From Botryllus schlosseri (Eukaryota), in assembly GCA_051294905.1 (NCBI GenBank), contig CM119371.1:22508001-22572000 (forward strand): a stretch of DNA of 64,000 nucleotides, given 5' to 3'. Position 1 is the stretch's first letter. Every line of letters starts with the position of its first letter. Both the position numbers and the translations under genes were made by a program. This document shows positions 1-13,030 of this stretch, piece after piece. Below the pieces are notes generated by a model. That model was given only the letters and a program-made list of their open reading frames with translations. It ran no database searches and was not told the DNA's origin.

Positions 1-105
1 TCTAGTATTGGTACCACTCGTGAAAATGAAAAATAAAAAATACGCTAAATTTACGAAAATGAGTCTAAATATATTCACACTTTTGAGTGAACATGTCGTT
101 TAACA

Positions 106-670
106 CAGTGGTTCTCAACCTTTTCGTCTTCGCGGACCCCTTTTGGACCATCACGGACCCCCGCGGACCCCCAAAAATATTGTTCAAATTTAGCTCTATT
201 ATCGTGCAAACGTCATCTGTCCTGTGCAAATATCAGCTGTATAGGCTCGTGATAAATATCAACAAAATGACCATTCTTGAAAATAACATCATAGCCTATA
301 AATTGGCAATACTTTTATTATTTCGAAGCGAATTCTGGAGCTAAAATTCTTGGAATACGCATTCGTGTCTTGAGAATACGCGCCGTCTATTCGATACGAA
401 CGAAAGCCGCAAATCCATTTCCAAAAAGATAGGTGGTGGCGAATGTCATTATAACGCGCAACGCTTCCGACGACATATTTGGATCCGATCGCAACATATA
501 TCAAAATTGAGAAACAGATTTTGAGTGAACATATAACGTCCACCATAGTCATTTCTATCTAGCAGCTCATCTTATTGTTATTCTGGAATAGCAGTTATGC
601 ATATCACAGGAGAAGATTGATTTTTGCAGGCACATTTGAACCAAAACTCCCAACTAAACATCTCTGAATG
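106..670 (+). mobile_element. hAT-type MITE, 3'-truncated copy of the family at 36254-37399
   Basis: Starts CAGTGGTTCTCAACC...CGCGGACCCC; body aligns by eye to 36254-37130 (minus the SINE inserted there); no right TIR seen. Confidence 0.7.
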
Positions 671-1189
671 TTGCCCGCCCCTGGCCTACGGCCTAGGCCA
701 TGGTGGGTGTCTGATTTCAAAGACTTATAGGTTACTCCATGTCGGTTCGACGCATTCCTATCTTTTCATTGTATCGCAATTTTGTGGTGTTTTGAAACGA
801 TGAAAATATTAATAAACTGATACTGATACTGATAGCATTCAGCAGATACATCCGAATGCATGCTTCTAGTTTTTGCTTCCTTCCGTGTCAAATACTAACA
901 ATTAATCACAAGGAGCGCTTTGATTGCGATGCGGCGAGTGCTGCGTCTCGAATTGCAACAGTTTATGTGGGTTCGAACAGCCCGCTTGGCCGCATAATGT
1001 CTATAAATACTAATATCGGCACAATGAGGTAATCGCACTGGAGAGCGCTAATTATGCGGTATAACAAAATCAGAAGTATATGCTGTTTGCCCTGATTATT
1101 TTATTGCATGTGGCTAATTTTGGAAGGCTGATTCCGAAAATCTAAATATCTTTCCGCTATCATCGATCATGAACCCCCAATGGTGTCAG

Positions 1190-1772
1190 CATAGTGCCCT
1201 ATATGGTGTCGACACAAGTAAATCTCACGGCTCAGTGAAATTGTATCATGTCACAATTTCCATTTGGCTACAGGCAATTTGACGGTCATTTTTGACCGGC
1301 TAGCCGAGCATTAAATTTGGTAAACGGGTATCAATCGAAAGCTGACTCTGCACTGATTACGAAAATATGAATTTTATTCCGCTCACCGCCCTGGAACCCC
1401 CACAATCAGCCTCGAATTTTTCATTGTTATGGAGATTGGCATTGGGACACAACAATGCTGTCTGGCGAAACGAGAGAGTAGCTCAAGAGAAAAAGAGCTG
1501 ACAGCATTGTTGCGTCCCAATGCCAATCTCCATAACAATGAAAAATTCGAGGCTGATTGTGGGGGTTCCAGGGCCGCGAGCGGAATAAAATTTATATTTT
1601 CGTAATCAGTGCAGAGTCAGCTTTCGATTGATACCCGTTTACCAAATTTAATGCTCGGCTAGCCGGTCAAAAATGACCGTCAAATTGCCAGTAGCCAAAT
1701 GGAAATTGTGACGTGATACAATTTCACTGAGCCGTGAGATTTGCTTGTGTCGATACCATATATGACACTATG
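1190..1772. mobile_element. Palindromic (foldback) MITE with ~273-bp inverted arms
   Basis: 1190-1462 is a near-perfect reverse complement of 1500-1772 with a 37-bp spacer; single-arm fragments also at ~39033-39265 and ~44090-44290. Confidence 0.85.
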
Positions 1773-2599
1773 GTGTCAAACTGGAGATGGCGTTTGGATA
1801 GGGCTGAACTGCGCGACAATATGGATGGCACGAGTCCCTATTTGAATTGTATAACCATTGTTGAGCTGTGGTTTCATGCTTTTTTTATACATAATTAGAA
1901 GGACAGAAGGAAGTCGAAAGCTCAGTTAAGTCTAACATGTTGTAATGTTGTTGCCACCCGTATCATAAAAGTCAAATAGCGGGTTTTACTAATATCGCAA
2001 AAATATACTTGTAATCACTCCGTTCAAGGGTTTAATAGATTAGTAGATGCTATAATAGTATAATTACTTTTTGTTCAATGTAATAACCTGTTAGTCAAAA
2101 ATTGATTTACCATTATTTCGCTAGAAAAGTCTTACTTTCTGGTGAACAATACAAGGATTCCCAAATTCATGCACGTGGATATTTTTGTTAGTAAACACAT
2201 TTTAAATAACATAGTGAAGGAAGGCAAGTAATGGACAATTTATAGACTCCATCATTTATCGGGATGCTTATGGAGTACCAGGAATTGGCTACTGCTTGGA
2301 ATTAAGGCAAATATGTGTTTTTCAGCCACCTAGCAATTTTCAATTGCATCAACTACAGCCAGTAAATTTTAAAAAAGAGTATTTTCCAACCACATTGTGC
2401 GCAAACTATTGAATAAACGATTACTGTACAGTCGTAATCATGTCACAGTTTTGTCACAAAGTGGTCGAGAAATGACCACATTACCTATAGATTATTTTAT
2501 GATTACTTCAAAGTGATTGCTGGAGAATTCGTATTTTTCCCTCCAAGTTTCATCCTGTCTGTAAGTCTTACGGGTATACTTTGGTGGATAATACAAATC

Positions 2600-4302
2600 T
2601 CCGAAAAGCTTATCGATTCCGCTGAAAATTTAAAAATTTTAGATCCAAGTTGTGTGACATTGGAAGCAGACTGTCGGCCAGTTTATGAAACCAACGATGG
2701 AATACCAGTCACGGCAAATGAAAAGCGTCCGACTTTATTTCTGAAACCAGGTATTATTGACATAATGTAGCTGCGTTTTCACCATATTACTTTCCGGTGG
2801 CATGAATGGAAGTCGTTATAGTTGATAAATCCATGGCCACCGGCGTCAGGTACCCCGGTACGAGTCTCGACGGTAACACATTTCAAAGTGTCGTTGTTGT
2901 ATCTGAGCGCCTCCCCCGTGTCGCTATACGGCGTCTTTAAATAAAATGAACAGATAAAGAAAGACCCGGTAAAGGGTGAATACAAGGTAAACAAATTAAT
3001 CCCGGAGAACATATCTCCCCGTCGTCTGATCCAGCTAAGCCGTGCTAAATGTCGACGGAGACGGAATCATAAGAAAGATTATCGACCTATGATGTAAAGG
3101 ACCATAGTAATCGAAAAGCAGCATGGATATCAAAAACAGCAAAAGCAACCATATCTTGATCTTTTCGACATCTTCCTATTTGTTGATTACATAACAATGT
3201 GTCACGTGTATCGCATTGTACTTTGCTGATAATAATGATTTTGAAAAATATATCTCTGGCAGATCGCAGCGTTCGCGAAAAGATCGGAGACTACAGAAAG
3301 AGCATCGCACCAAAAACAGGTTAATACATGAATGATAGACACCAGTGGCCAGTGTCATTCTTTGGCCTTTTCGATTCCGAAGGTATACGCCAGATTTTCA
3401 ATAGGTGATTGAGGGCGCTGGCTATAAATTGAGCGGTAGGGATCGCTGAGAGTAAATGGGTGCTGCGGGGATTTATAAGACAATTGTTGCGTAGTGTTGA
3501 AACGATTGATGAATTAAGAAGCAGAATGTTCAGCAAAAATGCAATATTGATTCAGTCAAGTCACCTTACATACCGTTGAATCAACTTTACCGAAAAAGTC
3601 TATTGTTACTTGTAAATGTTTATCCTACCCATCAATGGACAGATTCATCAGTGAACAGAATAATAAAAAATCATGGTTCATGTGTGCGGTGAGAATTACG
3701 TACGTATTTGAGTACTTGAATGCTAGTTATTGTTTACTGAAGTGCGAGAGCTTGGGAAATTTAACTTTCTGTTTTAGGCAATCGTGCATGTTGACAGTGC
3801 TTCATGTACATTTCAACATTATAGCTCATATTGTGCATAATCATCGTCTGCAACTAACCGATCAAGCCGCGTTGCCCTTGATTGTGATGCGTCTGCAGTG
3901 GAGGGCGACCGATATTGATTTCTGCAGGCCGATACCGATACCGATTATCGACACACTCAAAAGGCCGATAACCGATATCATGGGCCGATATTAAAAAGTT
4001 ATATACATACAGTGTATACAGTAGCGACCACTCCAATCGCAGGATTTGGTTCCTATGATACAATAAACATATCAAATCAAGATGGATCCCGTAGGCTTGC
4101 TAGATCTTTTACAATAGACAACGATGTATTCTTTATATTAATTTGACTGATTGGTTGGAAAAGCATCAATCACAGACTACCTACATGTACCGTGTTTCGC
4201 TCTTGATGTAGTGTAATTGCGGGTCAAGATCACAGCGGAGAGTCACTAAATATTCACAAATGAAATGCAGGACATTTGGAGCAAACTTTTGCAACAAAGC
4301 AA
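2600..4302 (+). CDS. Tentative upstream exons of the Tudor-like gene
   Basis: Phase-compatible AG/GT chain 2954-2986, 3035-3093, 3263-3319, 3778-3805, 4212-4302 gives an open basic peptide (IKKDPVKGEYK-LSRAKCRRRRNHKK...CNCGSRSQRR...); another exon ends at donor 2750|GTATTA. Some donors are weak, the link across 2750-2954 is unresolved and the start codon is not identified. Confidence 0.4.
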
Positions 4303-4545
4303 GTAAAATTTTTGAGATTGGCAAGATGCATACTCGTTTAGTGTTGATTTTTTATGCTGCCAGCTCCATGCATGGAGTGAACTGAAGTTGAAATCAAAGA
4401 ATTTGAACCAAAGATGTTATGATGACGTGAAAAATTGTAATATATTAGACGGTTCACACACAGAACGCGAACGTGTACCTCACCTTCACACCATCCCTAC
4501 CACACAGTTATTCATGTTATTTTATTGTTTCACATTTTTTCATAG

Positions 4546-5948
4546 TTTCCAATCTGGTCAAAAAGCTGGAATCAAAAAATAATGAAGACGTTCGCCACAA
4601 GCGTCGTGTTCAAGAGTTGGAGACCGAGTCGTACCGACACAAGCAAACGCTTCTACCTAGTCGATACAGGACTAGATCTATATCTTCAGACGAAAAGTCG
4701 ACTGCGGTAATCTATTAACAATATAATATATTCTCAACAGCATATTTTAATTTAAGAGGTCCCTGTTCAGTGACGAAGTACTACTAGATTGTGGGCTAGT
4801 GAAATGGTTAAAATTACTTTCGGATTTTATGAAGTAGAAAGTTTTTGGATATGTTTTCATCGGGTTTACGGGTAATTAGCGACATGGTGAAATAGCCCCT
4901 GAGACATTGTTGCTGAATATAGCATCTACAATCGTACTTATTTGTAGTTACGCTAGTCGTGTTCCGTATCAGCTCATGATCAGTACTCTTTAGGATTCTG
5001 GTTTATATCAGCGCGATTGAGTTTAGGTTATTACCCCTGTTTTTTGTTTTTAATTCCACCGCGATGATTTTATTGATTTTTGCGGCTGTTTTATTTTCTG
5101 GAGGGATGCGTGAATGCTGAAAAATCGACCGCGCGGTCGACACAAGAAAAGAAAAATTTCTTTAAAGCCCCGATGCGAGGTAATCACGTGATCAGCCTTC
5201 ATCAGAATTGGGCTTACTTCAAGGCGACTGTGGTTGAATTTCATCCTACTGACCTCGCCTATACTGTGGATTGGGACGATGGAGATACGTCAGAGAGATT
5301 GCAATGCTTTAAAGTAATTCAAGTAACTTGATTTACTCACTCACGATACGTACAGCTATACTTAGGCCGGTCATGGTATATCTTCATGTCAAGGTGATGC
5401 TATTTACTGTATTGCTCGTAGAAGAACAATTGCTCGGGGCAGAAGTGCAGTAATGATAATTCGTTCGACAGTTCTTTGGTATTATGGGTAAGGGGTATAT
5501 CATAATTATATATTATGCTCGTTGTTAAATTGATATACTCTTAATCCCAAAGTTCGTCACGCGCCGACGGTTACGACCCCAGTATGGCAGTGTGGTAGAC
5601 TTTATCTCTGCGCAATGCTAATATTTTCACTTCGATTACAGCATATAATCTTTCATCTGCAGGAAAGAAGCGCATTCAGTAATTGTTGATCCTTGAAATT
5701 GTTTCTTTACTACAGGATGTGGCTATGGACGTAGTCCCGTCCTTGAGCGAGATCGGGGTTGGAACGATCGTTTTGTTTCCTCAAGGTCGTTACGGTGGAG
5801 GACAACGGTATCACCAGGGCAAGATAACAGCTATTCGACAAGAGAGCGACGGTACTGCATCGTGAGTTTTTCAGTTATAGCTTTGGGTACGCAGCGAGTG
5901 CATTGGTTATTGGTTGCATGTATCATCGATTTTCAAAGTCGGTAATAT

Positions 5949-5989
<41 letters not shown>

Positions 5990-5990
5990 T

Positions 5991-6032
<42 letters not shown>

Positions 6033-8571
6033 AGACGGAGAGAGAGAGAGAGGGGGGAGAGACGGAGAGAGAGAGAGAGAAAGTATGAGAAATTGAGAGA
6101 GAGAAGAGGGAGAGAGAGAAAGAGAGAGAGAGGTAGTGAGAGAGAGAGAGAAGATGCATTCAAAGATGTTAGCGTAGGTACTGCGGCAGCAGTAGAAGTA
6201 AATCTGCATATATGTATACTCAATTAAAAGTAGTAATGTTCAAGAACTGTTCAAACTATTTCGAATGGAAGTAGAAAATGAAAGTACTGAAGAGAACTCA
6301 GGTAAACATCCTCTAAAAGTCGATTTGATCGAGGTGTAGTGTAATCTTATCAGATAATCGGAGACTTCCAAGATTATAAGATATATCTTTGCGACACTAT
6401 ACATTAATGCAAGCTTCTAAAATACATGTCGATTTCGTACTAGAATGGGCGGTACTAATGATAATTTCACCCATGAAGTTGAGGAAAACTAAGAAAAATC
6501 AATCATTTGTCTAAATTGTAGCGTAAGGTCAAAAAATGTCAAAATTGTTTACAGAATCAAAAGTTTTTTGCAACCTATATTTAGTTTTATCCTATATTTT
6601 GCCCTGTCGGTGAACTTATCACTTGACATGTTGCCGTTTGTAGCCTGATTTATAGGCCTACCGTTGCAGACGGGCCATAGTCTACTCATTTTGAATTCTC
6701 TACTAGTTGCTGACGATTACCCCTGACGACTGGCAGTCGAAAAAGTTTTGGTTCACTTCAATATGAATATTCTATTCAATGCGAATCATAAAGATTCAAA
6801 TGAAAAAATACTTTGACGTGGTGTTATGCTCAATGTACCGCAACGTCCTAACTGAAGCAAGACTGCGTGGACATTGCATGGTTCTTATATTAAGAAGCGT
6901 CTGATGAAAAATTGTGATGTAGACACCATTATCAGGATGAAGTAACACGATGTGTCACCAGCAGTGTACGCACAACTTCAGTGTTGTCAGTCAACAACTG
7001 TTACTGTTGAACGTTCTTTCTCCATTCTTAGCAAGCTACTTTCTAAAAGACACTTTCTACCAGAGAATGTAAAAAAGTATCTTTCGTTGTATCACAACAA
7101 ATTTTAATTATTTCCACTATAATGCGTGATGTAACTACTGGGATTCTTCATAGGGTCAGATTGCGCTAAAATAAAGTTTTTTTTCATGTAAAGATTTCTC
7201 AGTCTTTGAGTCAAAAAAGTTTTCCCGGGCCAAACTACATCGTAAGGACAGACAACTCCAACCAGACATGAAGATAAGTAGTACAATTCTGTGTGAACAT
7301 CATGTGGGAAAACACGTAATTTGCATACGTTAGGTCAAAATTTGGTCAAAATTAAGTTTTTTTATGGTAATAAAATGTCAAAATCTTCCGTTTTGTAGGT
7401 AAAAAAGAAAAGGAAAGGACGCAGTTTATTTTTGTCCTTGATGTTTTTTCGGCATATACACCGACTCATGATACACATACACACGATATGTGCATATGCA
7501 TACCATGAGCGCATGATGTGCATATGCCGCTGGACAAGGAAGTGCACAAACCAACTTACTACTTTTCGAAATCACAAAACACTTCGTTGCTGACCGCTTC
7601 TGCATGGAAATTATAACTTATTAGTTGGGCAAGTTTTTGCAATTTTTGCAACGTTATTTACAGCTTCCTGCAGCTTCATAAATACTCAGAAGTTACGTAG
7701 TATGGTATTTTAAGCTGTTTGACAGATTCTTATTGCAACTTTTTGCAACTTTCCCATGTTTTTCATTCACTTTTTGTAACTTTTTCGATTTTTCATGAAA
7801 CTTTTTGCAACTGCTTTTGATTTTTCATACAAATCCTTGCAGTCTTTTTTTTTTCGATTTGTCATGCAACTAACTTTTTACTGGAAATCTCTGTCACTAT
7901 ATCTAAATAGATGGCTTGATTATTTCACTCTCGTTTAAATTGGAAAATTATATTTTCGCTCGGTCAATTTTTTTAGGCTATTGATTTTGTTGAAGTCGCC
8001 AACACCGAGTTTTGTTACAGTACCTTGAATACGGATCGATTCGAGTATCTCATACCCTAATAATTTCATGAAACTTTTCCATAAATGCAACTTTTTAGTG
8101 CAACTTTGTGAAAAATAAATGCAACTTTTTGCTGCAACTTTTGTGAAAATAAAAGCTACTTTCCGCGGATTTGACTGGAACAACAACTTGCTCTACTTAA
8201 TAGCAATCCCATGTCCAAGTAGAAATCCAATATAATTAAATCTATTATACTAAAAAGAAAACACGACAAAATATTGTTTTAGTTAGGATCACGTGCTAAT
8301 ACACGCGTCCAATTGCTTGGCGAGAAATGTCTGAATAGGTAATTGGCCGAATTTTGTACTGATCTTGGACAAACCATTGCAACATTCTCACATCTTCGAA
8401 TCTGACAGGTTCGATGGCGTTCACACTAAAAGAAGCGATCATGTAAAATGTATCCCATGGGATGGATACTGTCAGGAATTTACCGGAATGAAACTAGAAG
8501 ACTTGCGTATCGCTCCGAACGCCATGGACGCGCTATTGGCGTGTAAACAAGCCTTCAATTTAGACTTCTAG
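4546..8571 (+). CDS. Spliced gene, C-terminal exons encoding a tandem Tudor/SH3-barrel-like domain protein
   Basis: Exons 4546-4706, 5104-5313, 5716-5861, 8409-8571 have GT-AG boundaries with matching phases (1/0/0/2). Peptide GNHVISLHQNWAYFKATVVEFHPTDLAYTVDWDDGD...IGVGTIVLFPQGRYGGGQRYHQGKITAI resembles Tudor repeats. AATAAA at 8784-8789. Confidence 0.75.
5949..6152. repeat. (GA)n microsatellite, intronic
   Basis: Direct reading. Confidence 0.97.
6445..7420 (+). mobile_element. Degenerate non-autonomous hAT element (family of 47852-48700)
   Basis: GTCAAAA subterminal repeats at both ends; remnant QLQCCQSTTVTVERSFSILSKLL (hAT C-terminal dimerisation-like); aligns to 47852-48700; interrupted at ~6690-6790 by a Penelope-tail motif. 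Confidence 0.7.
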
Positions 8572-9999
8572 TCTTGTACCAAATGGATGAATCGACTGCT
8601 AGTATATATATTGGGCGATAAAGTTAAAGATTAGCTATAAATCAAGATTTAGCATTGATGTAAGAGTTCTGCTCTAGTGTAAGTAAAACTACATTTTCAA
8701 ATCTTTAAGTACCTTATAACGCTCGTACCTTTTTTGATTTCATGTGATGTTCTTGTATCCCCTGTAAATGGCCGTCGAAGTTCAATAAAAGTGTATTACC
8801 AGGAATTAATCTCAATGCATGCTTAGTGATTGCATGCAATACAATCAGTCGGGATGACTCGAGTTATGACTTGACTCTATAGTCACGTTTTTAAAATGAC
8901 TTGATCTGACTCAGACTTGACGTATGAGATGGATGACCCGATTTCGGTGTCTGATTTTACAGTCAATTTTTAAGTTGTTTGCAATGCATTATGAACAGTC
9001 ATAATGAAAAGGGATCATGTCATCGAAACCATACATTTATTTACTTGATTCAGCTACGAGTTACGTTTTCGATGTGGCTATAATTTCATCAGTAGCGTAA
9101 TTGTAGATAACAACAATTCCGGTATTCCCACGTAAATTGATCAATATAAGTATCGTTAGGGCGAAATCACTTACCAGAACCAGTTATATACTAATACATT
9201 CGAGCGTGTATATTGCAAATATATTTATAAATGGCTGGTTCGTGGTACAGAACTTGAATATAGCTTTCAATACAACATCCATTGTAAAATAATATTTATT
9301 GAACTCGAAGACTTTTCGGGTGCCTCTTTTCAAGAGTTAACGGCACACTAAAGGGATTTAAACAGTTTTAAAAGATAAACCAAAAAGACAAAGTATGACG
9401 CAGCAATCAAAATCACAGACCATGAAATTCGCATTGTACCAATGGCAACAATAACAAACTATGAAGTATACGGACGGTTGCCAGTAAACTCGCCCCAAAG
9501 TAAATTCGGCCCAGGCAAATTCGGCTATTACATTAGTAAATTCGGCCCACCGAGAATATTGTATTAAAATGTATTACCAACCGTTAACATGAATTAATTA
9601 CATAATTATACTAATATTAAGTGATTTGGGTGTCAGGGTATGCGTAGATCGCGTAATCACGGGAGATAGCGCGGATATTCACGGGGACCGAATTTACCGA
9701 CGGCCGAATTCACCGGTCAATTCGCTGGTTACTCGGTCAATTCTGCCCTCGGAGAATTTTTTATAAAAATGTATTACCAACTATTAATGTGAATTAATTT
9801 CATAATTATATTATTATCAAGTGATTTGGAGAACAGGGTATGGGTATAAATATGTATATGTATATATATATGCCGATGTTTACGGGGCCGAATTTACCGA
9901 CAGCCGAATTCAATCGGTATATTCGGCCCTCGGAGAACATTGTGTGAAATTGTATTACGAACTAACAATGTGTATTATATTACATAATTATAATATTAT

Positions 10000-10497
10000 C
10001 TAACCTGAACACTAATCCTAACCCAAATTCTAACCTAACCCTAACCCTAATCCTAACCTAACCCTAATCCTAACCTAACCCTTATTCTAACCTAACCCTA
10101 ATCCTAACCTAACCCTAATCCTAACCTAACCCTAATCCTAACCTAACCCTAATCCTAACCTAACCCTAATCCTAACCCTAATCCTAACCTAACCCTAATC
10201 CTAACCTAACCTAACCCTAATCCTAACCCTAACCTAATCCTAACCCTAACGCTAATCCTAACCCTAAACCTACTAATAACTAATAACTAATACCTAATAA
10301 TGTGTATTATATTACATAATTATAATATTATCAAGTGATTTGGAGGTTAGGGGTTAGGTTTAGGGTTAGGATTAGCGTTAGGGTTAGGATTAGGGTTAGG
10401 ATTAGGGTTAGGATTAGGGTTAGGTTAGGATTAGGGTTAGGATTAGCGTTAGGGTTAGGATTAGGGTTAGGATTATGGTTAGGATTAGGGTTAGGGT
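10000..10497. repeat. Degenerate telomere-like arrays: (CCCTAA/TCCTAA)n ~10000-10270 and (TTAGGG/TTAGGA)n ~10345-10497
   Basis: Direct reading; both arrays lie within element 9476-12647. Confidence 0.9.
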
Positions 10498-12479
10498 CAG
10501 TGGCGGCTCGTCCTATAGGGCAACTGGGGCATTGCCCCACCTAAAATTCTGTTCAATAACAGTTCTTTACCATTTAGAGACGCACAGCAATCTATATATA
10601 CCGAAATCACAGCGAAAATCGTATTCTTCTTGTCCTTTCGCTTGTGAATGCCCATATATAGCGAAGTCTGCGAAAATCGAATTCTCTTCCGTGTTTTCGC
10701 TTTGCGAATGCCTAGCCGGGGCATGCCCCGGTAGCGCTCATAACAAGCTTTCACTGTCTATTCTCTCAAAGCCGCGCACAATAAAGAAACAGTGATTTAC
10801 TCTCTCTTATTCATAAAATTACCGAGCAACCGGGGCAACATAGCCTAGTCGCCCTTAAGGTGTGATGTAACAATCGTATCTATATCTAAACTCGGTTACC
10901 GTCATATGCGTTTTGTCGACCTTTGCTGGTATAGGTCGATTTTGATGGTGTTTCACACCATGATAATTCTTGAAACTTGGTATGTCATGTCGTGATGGTA
11001 GTATTTAACACTGTCCCAAGTTACAGGGTTTCTACTTAAAGTTTAGGGTAGTAATTCCGTTTCCGAAGTTGAGTGTGTGCTGACCGTCATGTATCGCAAA
11101 CAGATTTTACTCAAAAGCCGGTATTGGTATCTATTGATTTTGACGATGTTCCATACCGAGATCGGTCATGACATTTGGTACCGTAAGTCTTAATGTTAGT
11201 ATCGAACGCTGTACCAAGTTTCAAGTTTGTCACTGGACTGTGTTTGTGGTAATTTCGTTTCCTAAGTCGAGTGAGAGCTGACTCGTCATTTATCGCAAAC
11301 ATATTTTACGGAAAGCCGGTATTGGTCTCCATTGATTTTAACGATGCTCCTTACCTAGATCCGTCATGAGCTTTTGCATGGTATGTCTTGATTTTAGTAT
11401 CGAACGCTGTGCCTAGTCTCAAGGTTGGCACTCAATGATTAGGGCAGCAATTTCGTTATTAAGGTCGAGTATGGTAGAGATGTGCGCTGATCTGACACTT
11501 AGCCCACCTAACGCATTGCGGATTTCACGCAAAAACCGCTGTATCTGTGTTAACGCTAACTGTGTTCCATACTGAGATAGGTGATGAGATGATGATATCA
11601 TGAAACAGTTTACTAACATTCTCGGTTTGCATTCAAATATTTACTTTTATTTTATATTCTCCAATGTCATTTTCACCGTGAAATTGTGGCCTTCAGGCCA
11701 TTTGCTTACAATTACAACCCCTGTCAAGCGCGATAGCTGTTTCGTTTTCGATGGCGGCAAAGAGCTGATCGCTTGATCAGCCTATTCCTCAGTAAATTTT
11801 AGGCAAAATTCGGTGTTGGTCTGTTCGTATTAATTTTGACAGTGTACCATACCGAAAACGGTCATGAGGCTATTTCTCGATGATTTCATGTAACAGTGTA
11901 CCAAGTTTTCGGCTTTCATCCACGTATTTATTCGGTAATATATTTTCCCAAGGCGATTTTGCAGCAGACATATAGACCGTAAGCCGTATGTGTCGTGTGA
12001 CAGTCTCCAGCCTCAAGGCCAAAATCTCCTATGCTGTACCGGGACCGAATTTCCGAGGCCGCTATCCGTAGTTCTTCAGAATTATGTTTTGGATTCAATA
12101 TGACATGTCCAATCTATGAGATAACAATTGCGTATGTGTCCGAACTCGTTGACCTTTCCAGTTAGGCTTACGCAATCTCTCGAGTTATAGTCATTTCCAT
12201 TGCTGCAGATAATTAGTCAGGTATAGTGCGAACATGAACCGTGTCGAATCTTTGTTACGTACGCCGTTTACGCAGTTACCACACTTCAAGTCACAGCTCA
12301 CCGGCAGACCTCTCGCGGCACATACGTTAAAATCACTGTTGTCGGGAAGTTCGTGTTACCGTACGTAGTCCGTACCACCAAGTTACTTGTTTACGTTGGA
12401 AAACGCCATTGTGACGTCATCTTGATAAAAAGTCGCTTGCACTAGCCCCACCACCCGATATTGTCACGAGCCGCCACTG
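10498..12479. mobile_element. hAT-like non-autonomous element inserted in the TTAGGG array
   Basis: 14-bp TIR CAGTGGCGGCTCGT/ACGAGCCGCCACTG; 8-bp TSD GTTAGGGT; internal degenerate ~200-bp tandem units (~10870-11950). Confidence 0.88.
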
Positions 12480-12716
12480 GTTAGGGTTCAGGTTAGATAA
12501 TGGTATTGTAACTGTTGTTGTTACTCTGGCCCTGGCCGAATTTACCGAGGACCGAATTTACAGACGGCCGAATTCACCGACGGCCGAAGTGACCGAGGGC
12601 CGAATTCGACGGGCCGAATTTACTTTGGGGCGAGTTTACTGGCAACCATACGGACACACGGTACTATTAGCAGCGCAATTCATAAATAAACAGTTACACG
12701 CACGAGACAACACGCA

Positions 12717-13030
12717 CTAATGAGAAATTTGTAGGTTATAGAGGAAATCTTTTTGTCTACATAAAATAGGTTTGTTCAACTGAATAATAGTAGACTCCAG
12801 CACTTTTGATGAAACAAGGACCGACCACGCGCAATGACAGTGAACATATTGTCATCATAGTGCTGTGCACAGGCGAGGTTTTCACTCAAATGCTGACCAA
12901 TTGACGAAGCATATGCTTGGTAATCGTCATAGCAGTCTGTTTTGGCAGCCAATTTGCACTGACGTGCAAGCTCTTGTCTTCGTCATCGATGATCATTTTA
13001 CACCATACCGATATACTTATCATTTTGATT
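12717..13030 (-). mobile_element. Penelope-like element 3' remnant (GIY-YIG endonuclease C-terminus)
   Basis: Minus strand SSIGQHLSENLACAQHYDDNMFTVIARGRSLFH..VLESTIIQLNKPILCRQKDFLYNLQISH*, similar to 56202-56374. Its 3' UTR appears to continue at ~9250-9467 beyond the foldback insertion. Confidence 0.7.

Larger units (their letters stand above)
9476..12647. mobile_element. Non-autonomous foldback DNA transposon with telomere-like internal arrays
   Basis: 37-bp perfect TIR GGTTGCCAGTAAACTCGCCCCAAAGTAAATTCGGCCC; 8-bp TSD ATACGGAC (9468-9475, 12648-12655); AATTCGGC subterminal repeats. Confidence 0.9.

Noticed and set aside
5907..6223. RE-rich / SL-rich ORFs
   Set aside because: Translations of a (GA)n microsatellite.
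10000..10497. Ancient telomere-telomere chromosome fusion site
   Set aside because: Order is (CCCTAA)n then (TTAGGG)n, the reverse of an end-to-end fusion, and the arrays sit inside a TIR/TSD-bounded transposon.
10331..10544. NP- and RV/LG-repeat ORFs
   Set aside because: Translations of telomere-like repeats.
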